Part shown: one piece after another, positions 9,900 through 20,016 of the stretch
Position numbering within the stretch: position 1 is the first letter of the stretch
Layout: each line of letters begins with the position of its first letter
Source of the DNA: Helicobacteraceae bacterium
GTDB taxonomy: Bacteria > Campylobacterota > Campylobacteria > Campylobacterales > Sulfurimonadaceae
Assembly: GCA_027068615.1 (NCBI GenBank)
Contig: JAMOQV010000049.1
Span: forward strand, 1-34,767
Length of the DNA stretch: 34,767 nucleotides
Direction of reading: 5' to 3'
Position numbers and translations under genes: made by a program
Notes under the pieces: generated by a model
Databases searched by the model: none
Seen by the model: the letters and a program-made list of their open reading frames with translations, nothing else
What the model was told of the DNA's origin: nothing

Positions 9900-11232
9900 T
9901 TAATGCTTTTTTAAAAAAATCAATAAGTTCTACCATATTTTGTTCCATCTCTTTTGCATCTCTACATTCAAGTAAAACTCTTAGTTTATTTTCTGTTCCT
10001 GAATATCTTATAAGATGACGAATACCTTTTTTATCTAATTTTGTTAATCTATCTTCCAAACCATCTATCTCAGCTAAAGGTTTTTTTACACTTATATTTA
10101 AGTTTACAAGTTTTTGTGGATATAACTTAAATGGTCTAAGAGCTGTTGATGCTTTTTCATTTTTTGAGATAAGAAGTGCTAAAGATTGCAGTGCTGAGAC
10201 AAGTCCATCACCAGTTTTTGCAAAATCACTCATAATGATATGTCCACTTTGTTCTCCCCCAAAGTTAATACCCTCTTTTTTCATAACTTCTAAAACATGT
10301 TTATCTCCAACATTTGAACGATAAAGTTTTAATCCACAAGATTTCATATAATCTTCTAAGCCTTGATTACTCATAACAGTAGAAACTATACCATTACCTG
10401 TAAGCTTACCTTGAGAGTGTAGATGCTTACCCAAAGCACCTAATAGTTGGTCACCATCTACTACTTCACCCTTTTCATCTACTATAACAAGTCTATCAGC
10501 ATCTCCATCAAGTGCTACACCCAAATCAGCTCTATATTTTAATACATTTTGACATAATTCTTTTGTATGCAATGCTCCACAGTTTTCATTTATATTAAAC
10601 CCATCTGGTTTATCATGAAGTACAATAACCTCCGCACCTAATTCTTCTAATACTGTTGGACCAACTTTATAACCAGCCCCATTTGCAGTATCTAACACTA
10701 TTCTCATACCATTTAGTGTCATTTTTGTTGGAAAAGAGTTCTTCAAATAAACAATATAACGACCTATAACATCATCTATCCTTTTAGCTTTTCCAATGTT
10801 TTTTGCAGTAGCCTGAGCTTCTAATATAGCTTCATCATCTAAAAATATCTCTTCTATCTCAGATTCTACATCCGTAGAAAATTTATCTCCGTTACAATCA
10901 AAAAACTTTATACCATTATCTTCAAAAGAGTTATGAGAAGCACTTATCATAATCCCTGCATCACATCTCATATTTTCAGTTAAATAAGCTATAGCAGGTG
11001 TTGGCATAGGGCCTATTTGAATAACATCATATCCTATTGCACTAAGTCCTGAAACTATGGCATTTTCTATCATATAGCCACTTCTTCTTGTGTCTTTACC
11101 TATTAAAATTTTGTTTGTTTTTGAATTTTTTTTAAAATAAATTCCAGCTGCCATAGCTATCCTCATAGCTAACTCAGCTGTTAAAAAAGAACCAGCCTCA
11201 CCTCGTACCCCATCTGTACCAAATAGTTTCAT
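9892..11232 (-). CDS. glmM: Phosphoglucosamine mutase (start reassigned to MKLFGTDG)
   Basis: [27 protein letters not shown] and RYSGTE motifs. Confidence 0.96.
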   Translation of the reverse strand: MKLFGTDGVRGEAGSFLTAELAMRIAMAAGIYFKKNSKTNKILIGKDTRRSGYMIENAIVSGLSAIGYDVIQIGPMPTPAIAYLTENMRCDAGIMISASHNSFEDNGIKFFDCNGDKFSTDVESEIEEIFLDDEAILEAQATAKNIGKAKRIDDVIGRYIVYLKNSFPTKMTLNGMRIVLDTANGAGYKVGPTVLEELGAEVIVLHDKPDGFNINENCGALHTKELCQNVLKYRADLGVALDGDADRLVIVDEKGEVVDGDQLLGALGKHLHSQGKLTGNGIVSTVMSNQGLEDYMKSCGLKLYRSNVGDKHVLEVMKKEGINFGGEQSGHIIMSDFAKTGDGLVSALQSLALLISKNEKASTALRPFKLYPQKLVNLNISVKKPLAEIDGLEDRLTKLDKKGIRHLIRYSGTENKLRVLLECRDAKEMEQNMVELIDFFKKALNG

Positions 11233-11352
11233 AATATTTCCCAATTTTAAACTTTTAGTATATTCTAACATAAGTCTTATCCCCTTTAACTTAACTTTAA
11301 TCATCTTTAAGCTATTATTTCGCACTTAAATTTCATGAGAAGGACTCATTCA

Positions 11353-11613
11353 ATGGCAAATCACAAGTCATCAATAAAGAGAATTCGTCAAACGATTGTT
11401 AGAACTGAAAGAAATCGTTTTTACAGAACTCGTCTTAAAAATATAGTTAAAGCTGTTAATTCAGCAGTAGAAGCTGGTAACAAAGAAGAAGCTGTAGCTG
11501 CACTAAAAGTAGCTAACCAACAAATTCACAAATTTGTAAGCAAAGGTATCCTTAAAAAAGAAACTGCTGCTAGAAAAGTAAGCCGCTTACATAAAGCTGT
11601 TAATGCTATATAA
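11353..11613 (+). CDS. rpsT: 30S ribosomal protein S20 (start at MANHKS)
   Basis: [14 protein letters not shown]...AARKVSRL; AAGGA SD upstream. Confidence 0.98.
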   Translation: MANHKSSIKRIRQTIVRTERNRFYRTRLKNIVKAVNSAVEAGNKEEAVAALKVANQQIHKFVSKGILKKETAARKVSRLHKAVNAI

Positions 11614-11625
11614 GGCTAACAGTAT

Positions 11626-12693
11626 ATGTTAGCAGATAAACTACAACCGTTTATCAACCGCTATAATGAACTTAGCGATTTGCTAAGTTCACCTGATATA
11701 ACTTCTGACATCAAAAAGATGACAGAACTTTCAAAAGAACAATCAAACCTTTTACCGATAGTAGAAAAAGCTAAAGAATATAACGCTCTTATACAAGAGA
11801 TAGCAGATTCAAAAGAGATGCTAAGTGATTCTGAAATGGCTGATATGGCTAAAGAGGAACTAAAAGAGTTAGAACCACGAAAACCAGAGATAGAAGAGGA
11901 GATTAAAATGCTTCTTCTACCTAAAGATCCAAATGATGATAGAAATATTATCGTGGAGATGAGAGCTGGTACTGGTGGTGATGAAGCTGCTATATTTGTT
12001 GGTGATTTGTTTGATGCATATACAAGGTATGCAGATTTGAAAGGCTGGAAGATAGAGCTTATCTCAACTAGTCCATCTGAAGCTGGTGGATTTAAAGAGG
12101 TAACTGCACTTATCAAAGGTGAACAGGTTTATAGTAGGTTGAAGTATGAGGGTGGAACTCACCGTGTTCAAAGAGTACCATCAACTGAGAGTCAAGGTCG
12201 TGTTCACACATCAGCTATCACGGTGGCTATAATGCCAGAAGTTGATGATGTTGAGATAAATATCGAAGATAAAGACCTAAAAATAGATGTTATGCGTTCT
12301 TCTGGCTGTGGAGGTCAAAGTGTAAATACAACAGATTCTGCTGTTCGTATCACACACTTGCCAACTGGCATCGTAGTAACAAACCAAGACCAAAAATCTC
12401 AACACAAAAATAAAGACAAAGCTATGAAAGTACTAAAAGCTAGACTTTATGAGTTAGAGATGCAAGCACAACAATCTGAAAATGCAGCAGAGAGAGCTGC
12501 CCAAGTAGGAACAGGTGATAGAAGTGGTAGAATCAGAACTTATAACTACCCTCAAAACCGTATGAGTGACCATAGAATAAATCTTACTCTTTATAGACTA
12601 AATGAGATTATGAATGGTGGACTTTTAGATGAAGTTATAGAACCACTTATAGCTGACAATCAAGCTAAGATAGTTGAAGCTGCTGGGTTATAA
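11626..12693 (+). CDS. prfA: Peptide chain release factor 1
   Basis: GGQ motif, PxT (VPST) motif and RIRTYNYPQ. Confidence 0.98.
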   Translation: MLADKLQPFINRYNELSDLLSSPDITSDIKKMTELSKEQSNLLPIVEKAKEYNALIQEIADSKEMLSDSEMADMAKEELKELEPRKPEIEEEIKMLLLPKDPNDDRNIIVEMRAGTGGDEAAIFVGDLFDAYTRYADLKGWKIELISTSPSEAGGFKEVTALIKGEQVYSRLKYEGGTHRVQRVPSTESQGRVHTSAITVAIMPEVDDVEINIEDKDLKIDVMRSSGCGGQSVNTTDSAVRITHLPTGIVVTNQDQKSQHKNKDKAMKVLKARLYELEMQAQQSENAAERAAQVGTGDRSGRIRTYNYPQNRMSDHRINLTLYRLNEIMNGGLLDEVIEPLIADNQAKIVEAAGL

Positions 12694-12708
12694 AACCCAA
12701 GTAGCTTT
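12677..12708 (+). terminator. Imperfect hairpin over the prfA stop, probable terminator between convergent genes
   Basis: AAGCTGCTGGGTT-ATAA-AACCCAAGTAGCTT inverted repeat followed by a short T run. Confidence 0.45.
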
Positions 12709-12727
12709 AATCATCTTTAAATTTTAG

Positions 12728-13399
12728 TTATTTTAAAGAGATTAGATAACCATTTGTAAGTTCTTTTATACTGTATCCATAATAACCATCTAACTCTATA
12801 ACAACTCTATAATAACCTTCATGGTTTCCTATCGTTATAGTTTTAAATATACTATTTGGATTCTTTTTTACATACGACAAGATATCTGACTTTTTCTTAA
12901 AATCTATAACTATTCTATGTGGTTTAACCAATAAAAAATCTCTAATCTTTTTACTTTTTGTTATCAGTTTTAACTTCTTATCTAAAGCTAAAAATTTTAT
13001 ATATTGTCTTTTTGCTATCTCTATAAATTTATCCGAAGATCTATTTACTTTTTGAGCAGGATTCTTAAGTGTATTTGATTTTACTTTTATATCTTTTTTC
13101 ACTTCAGATGCAGAGTAATTTTGAGAGATAAAAATAGGAAGATGCCAATCTATAGAATTACCCAAAATAATAGTTTTTTCTTCAATAGAACCATTTAAAG
13201 TTTTATATGATACAGTAACTTTTTCTATAACTCTAGCAGTTGATGGCAGAGTTAATGCTGCTCTTTTTAAAGGTGGAAGATTTTTATCCAAATTTGATGT
13301 ATATGGAAGTTGTTTCAATTCTGAATCAAAGAAAAAAGGGTTTTCTCTACCCTCTAGTGTAAGAAAAAACAAAAGCATTAAAATTACTATCTTTACCAT
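12728..13399 (-). CDS. Exported AMIN-domain protein
   Basis: Signal peptide then RENPF; C-terminal PHRIVIDF...GNHEGYYRVVIELDG. Confidence 0.8.
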   Translation of the reverse strand: MVKIVILMLLFFLTLEGRENPFFFDSELKQLPYTSNLDKNLPPLKRAALTLPSTARVIEKVTVSYKTLNGSIEEKTIILGNSIDWHLPIFISQNYSASEVKKDIKVKSNTLKNPAQKVNRSSDKFIEIAKRQYIKFLALDKKLKLITKSKKIRDFLLVKPHRIVIDFKKKSDILSYVKKNPNSIFKTITIGNHEGYYRVVIELDGYYGYSIKELTNGYLISLK

Positions 13400-13425
13400 C
13401 TAAAAATCCTATAAATATTTTATAT

Positions 13426-13704
13426 CTATCTAGCAGATATCTCTTTTAACTCAAAATACTCTTTTTGAAGTGCTGCATTTTCATCTCTTAACCTAATAAC
13501 ATCATTTTGAAGATAAGTTTCATAATCTTGAAGTTCTAGTAGCACCTCAAAAGAATTTGTTCCATACAAAAGTATTCCAATATAAATACCAAGTAAAAGT
13601 ATAATAATTAACAACATAAGAAACTTCCATAAAGACAATCCAAGATACCGCTCAGTTATATCCTGAGAGGTATCTATATCTTCAAAAAGTTCTTCTGTAT
13701 CCAT
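13426..13704 (-). CDS. FtsB/DivIC-like septum formation initiator
   Basis: One TM segment followed by a coiled coil (LRDENAALQKEYFELK); lies downstream of eno. Confidence 0.65.
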   Translation of the reverse strand: MDTEELFEDIDTSQDITERYLGLSLWKFLMLLIIILLLGIYIGILLYGTNSFEVLLELQDYETYLQNDVIRLRDENAALQKEYFELKEISAR

Positions 13705-13718
13705 AATATTTTAAACTT

Positions 13719-14984
13719 TTAGTTAAAAATAGTTGAACCTAGGTATTCACCATACATAACTTCATTTTCTATCTCTAAAAGACGGTTGTATTTAGCAGTT
13801 CTTTCACCACGAGCAGTTGAACCAGTTTTGATTTGACCACAATTAAGTGCAACAGCAAAATCAGCTATAAAAGCATCTTCACTCTCACCAGAACGGTGAC
13901 TCATAACACAAGTATAACCATTTCTTTGTGCAAGTCTTACTGTTAACATAGTTTCACTTACAGAACCTATCTGATTTGGCTTGATAAGGATAGAGTTTGC
14001 TATACCTTTGTTAATACCTTCATTTAAGATATTTACATTTGTAACAAATAGATCATCTCCAACAAGTTGAACTTTATCAGCTAACTTTTCAGTTAAAATT
14101 TTCCAACCATCCCAATCATCTTCACTTAATCCATCTTCAATAGAAACAATAGGATATTTCTCACATAAATCAACATAATAATTAGCCAATTCTTCAGATG
14201 TTAGAGTACGATTTTCAGAATCAAGTCTATAGCCACCATCGACAACTAACTCAGAAGCAGCAACATCAAGTGCTATTGCGATTTGTTCACCAGCTTTATA
14301 ACCAGCTTTTTGTATAGCTTCCATAAGAATTTGTATAGGTTCTTCATTTGAAGATAAATCAGGTGCGAAACCACCCTCATCACCTAATGCAGTATTGTGT
14401 TTTTTCTCTTTTAGTATAGCTTTTAAGTTGTGATAAACTTCAGCAGATGCTCTTAATCCATCTCTAAAATCTTCAAAACCAACTGGCATAATCATATACT
14501 CTTGAAAATCAACAGAGTTATCAGCATGACTACCACCATTTATGATATTTAACATTGGAGTTGGAATAACCATAGCATTTGCACCACCAAGGTAACGATA
14601 AAGAGGAATGTTTAAACTTTTTGCAGCAACACGAGCAACAGCCATAGATACACCTAAAACAGCATTTGCACCTAAGTTTCCATAGTTATCTGTACCATCT
14701 AACTCTTTCATTGTTGCATCTATAATAGCTTGATTAAAAGGTGAATGTCCGATAAGAACATCAGAAATCTGAGAGTTTACATTTTCAATAGCTTGTAGTA
14801 CACCCTTACCCATATAGCGCTCCCCTCCATCACGAAGTTCAAGAGCTTCTCTTTTACCTGTGCTTGCACCTGATGGTACAATAGCACTAGCAGTTGTACC
14901 ATCACTTAAAACTACAGTAGCTTTTACAGTTGGATTACCACGAGAGTCCATAACTTCTATTGCACTTACACTATCTATAAACAT
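13719..14984 (-). CDS. eno: Enolase
   Basis: [20 protein letters not shown] and SHRSGE motifs. Confidence 0.99.
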   Translation of the reverse strand: MFIDSVSAIEVMDSRGNPTVKATVVLSDGTTASAIVPSGASTGKREALELRDGGERYMGKGVLQAIENVNSQISDVLIGHSPFNQAIIDATMKELDGTDNYGNLGANAVLGVSMAVARVAAKSLNIPLYRYLGGANAMVIPTPMLNIINGGSHADNSVDFQEYMIMPVGFEDFRDGLRASAEVYHNLKAILKEKKHNTALGDEGGFAPDLSSNEEPIQILMEAIQKAGYKAGEQIAIALDVAASELVVDGGYRLDSENRTLTSEELANYYVDLCEKYPIVSIEDGLSEDDWDGWKILTEKLADKVQLVGDDLFVTNVNILNEGINKGIANSILIKPNQIGSVSETMLTVRLAQRNGYTCVMSHRSGESEDAFIADFAVALNCGQIKTGSTARGERTAKYNRLLEIENEVMYGEYLGSTIFN

Positions 14985-15062
14985 TATAAAACCTTTTTTT
15001 TAAATAATTATCGCCATTTTATCTAAATATTGGTTAAAGCCAAATTATATAATATAGAGTTA

Positions 15063-15071
15063 TGATATAAT
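15063..15071 (+). promoter_or_regulatory. Extended -10 promoter (TGaTATAAT), likely producing a leaderless mRNA
   Basis: TGATATAAT ends 7 nt before the ATG at 15079; no SD. Confidence 0.6.
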
Positions 15072-15078
15072 CCATTTT

Positions 15079-16143
15079 ATGTTAAATCTATTAGAAGAAC
15101 TTTACAAAACAGATATATACAATGAAAAATATCATCAAAGAAAAATTTTTATAGACAAAAATAGCTATGAGATAAATGGCATTACTCAAAGTGGAAAAAC
15201 AAAACTTGTAAAAAATTATCTCTTAAGTTTAAAAAAATCAAGCTATCTCTACATAGATTGTAATGATATCCGTATAGAGATAAAAGAACTAAACAAACAA
15301 TTACAAAATTTTTGTACCTTACATAAGATAGATACCCTTGTTTTAGATAACTATAAAAGTGATATAAAGATTATAAATATAACTCAACTTATAATCACTT
15401 CTGAGATAAAACATAATTTTGATTTTTTAGAACATATACAACTTTTACCACTAGACTATGAAGAGTTTTTAGCTTATGAACATAAGTACGATTCATCTGC
15501 ACTTAACCACTTTTTTAAACTTGGTGGATTTCCATCGATGCATAAGATACCAACAAACGATAGAATTATACATATACAAAAGATACTAAAATACACTCTA
15601 AATGATATAGAGTTTGATATACTAAAATTTTGTGCAAAAGTTATGGCTCAAAAAGTATCCCCTTTTGCCATATATGAAAGACTAAAAAACGATAGAAAAA
15701 TCTCAAAAGACAAAGCCTACAAATCTTTTAAAGATTTAAAAGATAAAAACTATATACACCTTTTAGAAAAAACAGACCATCCAAAAGCGATAAAAAAAGT
15801 TTACCTATGCGATATAGCTATAAAAACTGCTCTGAGTATAGATAAACATTTTGCAAGACTCTTTGAAAATATGGTCTTTTTAGAACTTTTCAAAAAAAAT
15901 CAAAAATGCTTTTATGCGGATAAGATAGACTTTTATCTACCAAACAAAGATGAGATAATCCTATGCAAACCTTTTGCAGATGAGAGAACACTTTTTAAAA
16001 AGCTAGAGGAGATAGAGGAGTTTATATTTACCCACACCATAAAAAAAGTAACAGCAGTTACTATGAATAAAGAATCAACCATCTCACACCCTTTTTCTAA
16101 AGTTGAGATGGTACCATTTGATATATGGGCTTTAGGAGATTGA
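15079..16143 (+). CDS. AAA-type ATP-binding protein (AAA_14/DUF4143-like)
   Basis: Walker A GITQSGKT; PLDYEEF, GGFP, KKVYLCD and LFENMVF motifs. Confidence 0.75.
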   Translation: MLNLLEELYKTDIYNEKYHQRKIFIDKNSYEINGITQSGKTKLVKNYLLSLKKSSYLYIDCNDIRIEIKELNKQLQNFCTLHKIDTLVLDNYKSDIKIINITQLIITSEIKHNFDFLEHIQLLPLDYEEFLAYEHKYDSSALNHFFKLGGFPSMHKIPTNDRIIHIQKILKYTLNDIEFDILKFCAKVMAQKVSPFAIYERLKNDRKISKDKAYKSFKDLKDKNYIHLLEKTDHPKAIKKVYLCDIAIKTALSIDKHFARLFENMVFLELFKKNQKCFYADKIDFYLPNKDEIILCKPFADERTLFKKLEEIEEFIFTHTIKKVTAVTMNKESTISHPFSKVEMVPFDIWALGD

Positions 16144-16144
16144 T

Positions 16145-16699
16145 ATGAAAAATAAACTTTGTGGCATAGATGAAGCTGGTCGTGGTTGCATCGCTGGTGA
16201 TTTGGTTGTAGCTGGGTGTGTGCTTCATTCAGATATAAAAGGGTTAAATGATTCTAAAAAAATAACTGAAAAAAAAAGGGAACTTTTATATGAAGAGATT
16301 ATAAAAAACTCAACTTACCATATAGTTACTTTCTCCCCTTTAGAGGTTGATGAAAATGGCATCTCTTTTTGTATATCTTCTGCTTTAAAAGAGATTATGC
16401 AAACTATAAAGTGTGATGAGTTTCTTTTTGATGGTAACTCATCTTTTGGCATCAAAGATTTACCAACTATGATAAAAGCAGATGCAAAAGTTTTAGAAGT
16501 TGGTGCAGCTTCGATACTTGCCAAAGTTACACACGACAGAAACATCATAAGAGATGCTAAAAAATACCCAATATATGAGTTTGAAAAACACAAAGGGTAT
16601 GGAACAAAAAAACATATAGAATTTATAAAAGAGTTTGGCTATTGCCCTATCCATAGAAAAAGTTATAAGATTAAGGCACTTGAGCCAACACTCTTTTAG
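16145..16699 (+). CDS. rnhB: Ribonuclease HII
   Basis: GIDEAGRG, DSKK, AASILAKV, HKGYGT and HRKSY motifs. Confidence 0.97.
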   Translation: MKNKLCGIDEAGRGCIAGDLVVAGCVLHSDIKGLNDSKKITEKKRELLYEEIIKNSTYHIVTFSPLEVDENGISFCISSALKEIMQTIKCDEFLFDGNSSFGIKDLPTMIKADAKVLEVGAASILAKVTHDRNIIRDAKKYPIYEFEKHKGYGTKKHIEFIKEFGYCPIHRKSYKIKALEPTLF

Positions 16700-17229
16700 T
16701 TTTGAGATGCATTAAAAGCTAAAAGTGCCATCTTTTGCAAAGTTTGTTGTTTATCTTCACTTTTTTCAAGTTCTGTTAAAAAGTAGTTTTTTGTAGCATC
16801 ATCTGCTATGCTAAAAACATATAAAACCCACTCTATATTTAACTCTGTTTTTTCATCATTTTCTATCTGAAAAAGTCTATATAGATTTATATCACTACCT
16901 TTTAAAAGTTTAAAAGCATCTGTATAAAATGGTGCAACATCATAGTTTATAAGTGATTTTAACTCATCTTTAGATATAAAAGCATCTACCTCTTGCATAC
17001 CATTTTTACCAACTATAAGAGCATCTCCTACTATAAGTTGCTCCCCTATAAAAAATGGAGTTTTTTCTTCTGTTGGTGCATTTGCATCTGTGTAGATGAT
17101 ATGACCTTTTAGCGATGTAAGTTCATCTATAAGGATAGAGCTAAAAAAAGTATAGACTGTGTTTGCTTGCATCTTTATATCTAACTCTTGCACCTTTTTT
17201 TCTTGTGGATTAATCGAGTATGCTTTCAT
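16696..17229 (-). CDS. Hypothetical protein
   Basis: 177 aa ORF coupled to the moeA stop; GGAG SD. Confidence 0.7.
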   Translation of the reverse strand: MKAYSINPQEKKVQELDIKMQANTVYTFFSSILIDELTSLKGHIIYTDANAPTEEKTPFFIGEQLIVGDALIVGKNGMQEVDAFISKDELKSLINYDVAPFYTDAFKLLKGSDINLYRLFQIENDEKTELNIEWVLYVFSIADDATKNYFLTELEKSEDKQQTLQKMALLAFNASQN

Positions 17230-18440
17230 TAAAATTGCTCCAATAATATAACTTTTACCATAGTATCTTTTTCAAGATTGCCATCTTTTTCATCTGTAAC
17301 CATTAAAGCACTGTTGTTTAACATATTTACAAGTATTGCCGAGCTTCCAACTTTTTTACCATCAAAATCCACAAAGTACTGCCCATCTTTTACAGAGATA
17401 TTACAAGCTGTAAACTCTGTAAATTTACTTCTCTTTTTAAAGTCTTCTGCTAGTTTTGCATCTATGATTTTATAAGGGCTAAATTTTCCTAGCATCTTTG
17501 CAACAAGTGGTAAACCATAAAGCATAGAAGTAACAGTTGAAGAGTATGCAAACCCAGGTAGTGCTAGTATAAACTTAGCATCTTTTTGAGCTACCATTAT
17601 ATGACGACCTGGTTTTATAGCCACACCCTTAAACACAACCTCAGCACCAAGCTGTGGAACTATATCTTTTACAAAGTCATAATCCCCAACACTTACACCA
17701 CCCGTACTTATAATAATATCAGCAGATGAAAGAGCATTTTGAAATATCTGCATAATCCCATCTCTGTCATCCCCAATTGTACCAAGTTGGATAACCTCTG
17801 CTCCAGCTTGAGTAAAAAGTGCTTCTATGGTGTAGTTATTTGAGCTTCTTATCTGTGCTGGATTATCACTCTCTTGCCCTAAGTCTAGTATCTCACTACC
17901 AGTTGAGATAACAGCCACACGAGGTTTTACAGATACTTTTACCATCACTTGATTAAGCCCTGCTAAAACACCAATCTCAGCAAAACCTATCTTTGTACCT
18001 TTTTTGATTAAGATATCACCCTCTTTATAACCCTCACCAATAGGGCGAACAGATGAACCAAACGGTACTTTTTCATTTATAGTAATTTTTCCATCTTCAA
18101 ATGTAACATTTTCTATCTGGATAAGAGTATCTGCACCAAGAGGCATCTTTGAACCCGTAAAAGTTTTGATACACTCCCCCACATTTATAACTCTTTGCTC
18201 ATCATGTCCAGCTGGATTATCCCCTAAAACTTTGATGCTATCACGACTTAAGTCATCAAACTTTACAGCATACCCATCCATAGAAGCTGTTGGAAACTTA
18301 GGGTCATTGTATTTTGCTACAATATCCTCAGCCAACACCCTACCAAGAGCAGATGAAAGCATCACTTTTTCAACTCTTACAGCTCCAACCTCTAAAGCTT
18401 CTAACATACTTATACTTGTTTTATATGGTAATAGACTCAT
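17229..18440 (-). CDS. moeA: Molybdopterin molybdotransferase
   Basis: SMDGYA, ISTGSE, STGGVSVGDYD, KPG and LPG motifs. Confidence 0.96.
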   Translation of the reverse strand: MSLLPYKTSISMLEALEVGAVRVEKVMLSSALGRVLAEDIVAKYNDPKFPTASMDGYAVKFDDLSRDSIKVLGDNPAGHDEQRVINVGECIKTFTGSKMPLGADTLIQIENVTFEDGKITINEKVPFGSSVRPIGEGYKEGDILIKKGTKIGFAEIGVLAGLNQVMVKVSVKPRVAVISTGSEILDLGQESDNPAQIRSSNNYTIEALFTQAGAEVIQLGTIGDDRDGIMQIFQNALSSADIIISTGGVSVGDYDFVKDIVPQLGAEVVFKGVAIKPGRHIMVAQKDAKFILALPGFAYSSTVTSMLYGLPLVAKMLGKFSPYKIIDAKLAEDFKKRSKFTEFTACNISVKDGQYFVDFDGKKVGSSAILVNMLNNSALMVTDEKDGNLEKDTMVKVILLEQF

Positions 18441-18796
18441 TTTTTATCTTCCTCTTTTATCTTTAAAATTATCTCTTTAAAAACTGGTAAGTTATATCGA
18501 ACTACATCCTCAATTATATTATCATCTGTACTATCATAATCATGAGCTATATAGTTTCTTACAGCACTTATACCTTTTAAATCATCGCTTGTAAAATTCT
18601 CTAATATTTTAAATTCATTATTATCTTTTAGCTTTGTAAACTGTTCTGCAATTCTGATAATATTCATCCGTATAGCTGGTTTTAGAACTTTATCTTCTAT
18701 TGCTTGAGTGATTTTTAAGTTTTTATCATTGAAAATAAATTCTATATTTTCAATACACTCTAAAATCTTATCAAGTCTTTTTACAGCTTCAGACAT
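18437..18796 (-). CDS. HEPN (DUF86/HepT-like) ribonuclease toxin (start at MSEAVKR)
   Basis: RxxxxH motif in RNYIAHDY; directly downstream of an MNT gene. Confidence 0.85.
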   Translation of the reverse strand: MSEAVKRLDKILECIENIEFIFNDKNLKITQAIEDKVLKPAIRMNIIRIAEQFTKLKDNNEFKILENFTSDDLKGISAVRNYIAHDYDSTDDNIIEDVVRYNLPVFKEIILKIKEEDKK

Positions 18797-19088
18797 AAAC
18801 CATCTCACTAAATATATTTTTATTATTATCAGGTACTAAATCTATTTTAGTTTTAAAGATATTTTCCAAATCTGTTTTTACTTCATCTATCTTTAAAAGT
18901 TTTGAAAATCCATCTTTGTACTTAAGTGAAAATTTTTCATAATCAAGTTTATAAGCTATATCTATATCGCTATACTTTGTTTGTTGATTTTTAGCATAAC
19001 TTCCAAATAAACCTAAGATGATTAAACCATCTTTTTCATACTTTGGTTTTAATGATGATAGTTTATTGATTATAAAATTTTTATCCAT
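18789..19088 (-). CDS. Minimal nucleotidyltransferase (MntA-like) antitoxin
   Basis: GSx10DxD motif (GSYAKNQQTKYSDID) and KIDLV; 99 aa. Confidence 0.88.
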   Translation of the reverse strand: MDKNFIINKLSSLKPKYEKDGLIILGLFGSYAKNQQTKYSDIDIAYKLDYEKFSLKYKDGFSKLLKIDEVKTDLENIFKTKIDLVPDNNKNIFSEMVYV

Positions 19089-19092
19089 CAGT

Positions 19093-19533
19093 TTACTTCC
19101 CTAAAATTCCACTACCTTTTATAGCCGTTGATCTATCCTTAGCATAAACTCTTTTGCCATCTATCAAATCATACTTCCATATAGGTGCAGATGCTTTAAA
19201 ATCTTCTACAAACTCATCTATAAACTCTAATGCTACTCTTCTTTTTGGTGAAAAAACAGCTGATATATAAGATGATTCGTGTAGCATTACATCACCTTTT
19301 GAGTGTGCCATTTTTATAATCGCACCTTTTGCTTTTGCTTTTTGTTGCCAAGCTTCAAACCACGACTTTAGTATAGGCTCATATATATCAAAACTAAGCC
19401 CATCGATGCCATTTTCACTTCTTACAGTTCCAACAAATGGTATATAAGCACCGTAGTTACTTTGTGCTTCCTCTTCATACCATCTTTTTAAGATATTTGG
19501 CACATCAAGTGAGCCTTCATATAACTCTAACAT
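19093..19533 (-). CDS. moaE: Molybdopterin synthase catalytic subunit (start at MLELYEG)
   Basis: FVGTVR, HSKG and FKASAPIWK motifs. Confidence 0.93.
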   Translation of the reverse strand: MLELYEGSLDVPNILKRWYEEEAQSNYGAYIPFVGTVRSENGIDGLSFDIYEPILKSWFEAWQQKAKAKGAIIKMAHSKGDVMLHESSYISAVFSPKRRVALEFIDEFVEDFKASAPIWKYDLIDGKRVYAKDRSTAIKGSGILGK

Positions 19534-19535
19534 CT

Positions 19536-19757
19536 CTAACCTCCACAAACAGGTGGTAAAAGTGAGATTTTATCCCCATCTTTTAATGGTGCTTCTAGTG
19601 AAGATACCAAAGTATCGTTGACAGCTACTGCTGAATTGCCCAACCACTCTTTTAGCTCTTCATCATCTTGAAGTATCTTTGCTAACTCATTTAAGTTTGT
19701 TATATCTAACTCTAACGGCTCTTTTTGTATAGGACCTAAAAATTCTACTCTTACCAC
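19536..19757 (-). CDS. moaD: Molybdopterin synthase sulfur carrier
   Basis: Ubiquitin-like 73 aa protein with AVN and C-terminal PPVCGG; GTG start with AGGAG SD. Confidence 0.93.
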   Translation of the reverse strand: MVRVEFLGPIQKEPLELDITNLNELAKILQDDEELKEWLGNSAVAVNDTLVSSLEAPLKDGDKISLLPPVCGG

Positions 19758-19808
19758 TTTGATGCTCCTAAAAATTATTAAACTGATTATAACTTATTAA
19801 TAATAATA

Positions 19809-19817
19809 TGATACAAT
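19809..19817 (+). promoter_or_regulatory. Extended -10 promoter (TGaTACAAT); predicted TSS near 19824
   Basis: TGATACAAT directly precedes the start of the structured leader. Confidence 0.55.
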
Positions 19818-19929
19818 TTTATTGCGATTATAGCTTAAAAATATTCTACGGAGTGGCATAAGGGTCGGAAGAGTAATTAACTTCTGACCTTTTTTTTTGC
19901 CCTCCAAGAATATTTTTAAGGGAGATACT

Positions 19930-19989
19930 ATGAATAAGCTTATAATCGCATTTATGCTTATGTGCCTTTTAGCACCTATATTACACTAA
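19930..19989 (+). CDS. 19-aa hydrophobic peptide MNKLIIAFMLMCLLAPILH, putative type I (Ibs-like) toxin
   Basis: Strong SD AAGGGAG 5 nt upstream of the ATG; basic N-terminus then an uninterrupted hydrophobic helix; too short for the ORF track. Confidence 0.65.
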   Translation: MNKLIIAFMLMCLLAPILH

Positions 19990-19996
19990 CATAGTC

Positions 19997-20016
19997 ACAA
20001 GGGATTTTTCCCTTGT
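19997..20016. terminator. Stable hairpin ACAAGGGA-TTTT-TCCCTTGT downstream of the small ORF
   Basis: Perfect 8-bp inverted repeat; no U tail on the + strand, so it may be a structural or processing element rather than a terminator. Confidence 0.45.

Noticed and set aside
11233-11352. N-terminal extensions of glmM and rpsT given in the ORF track
   Set aside because: The conserved N-termini ([14 protein letters not shown]) start later; the extra codons span the divergent promoter region.
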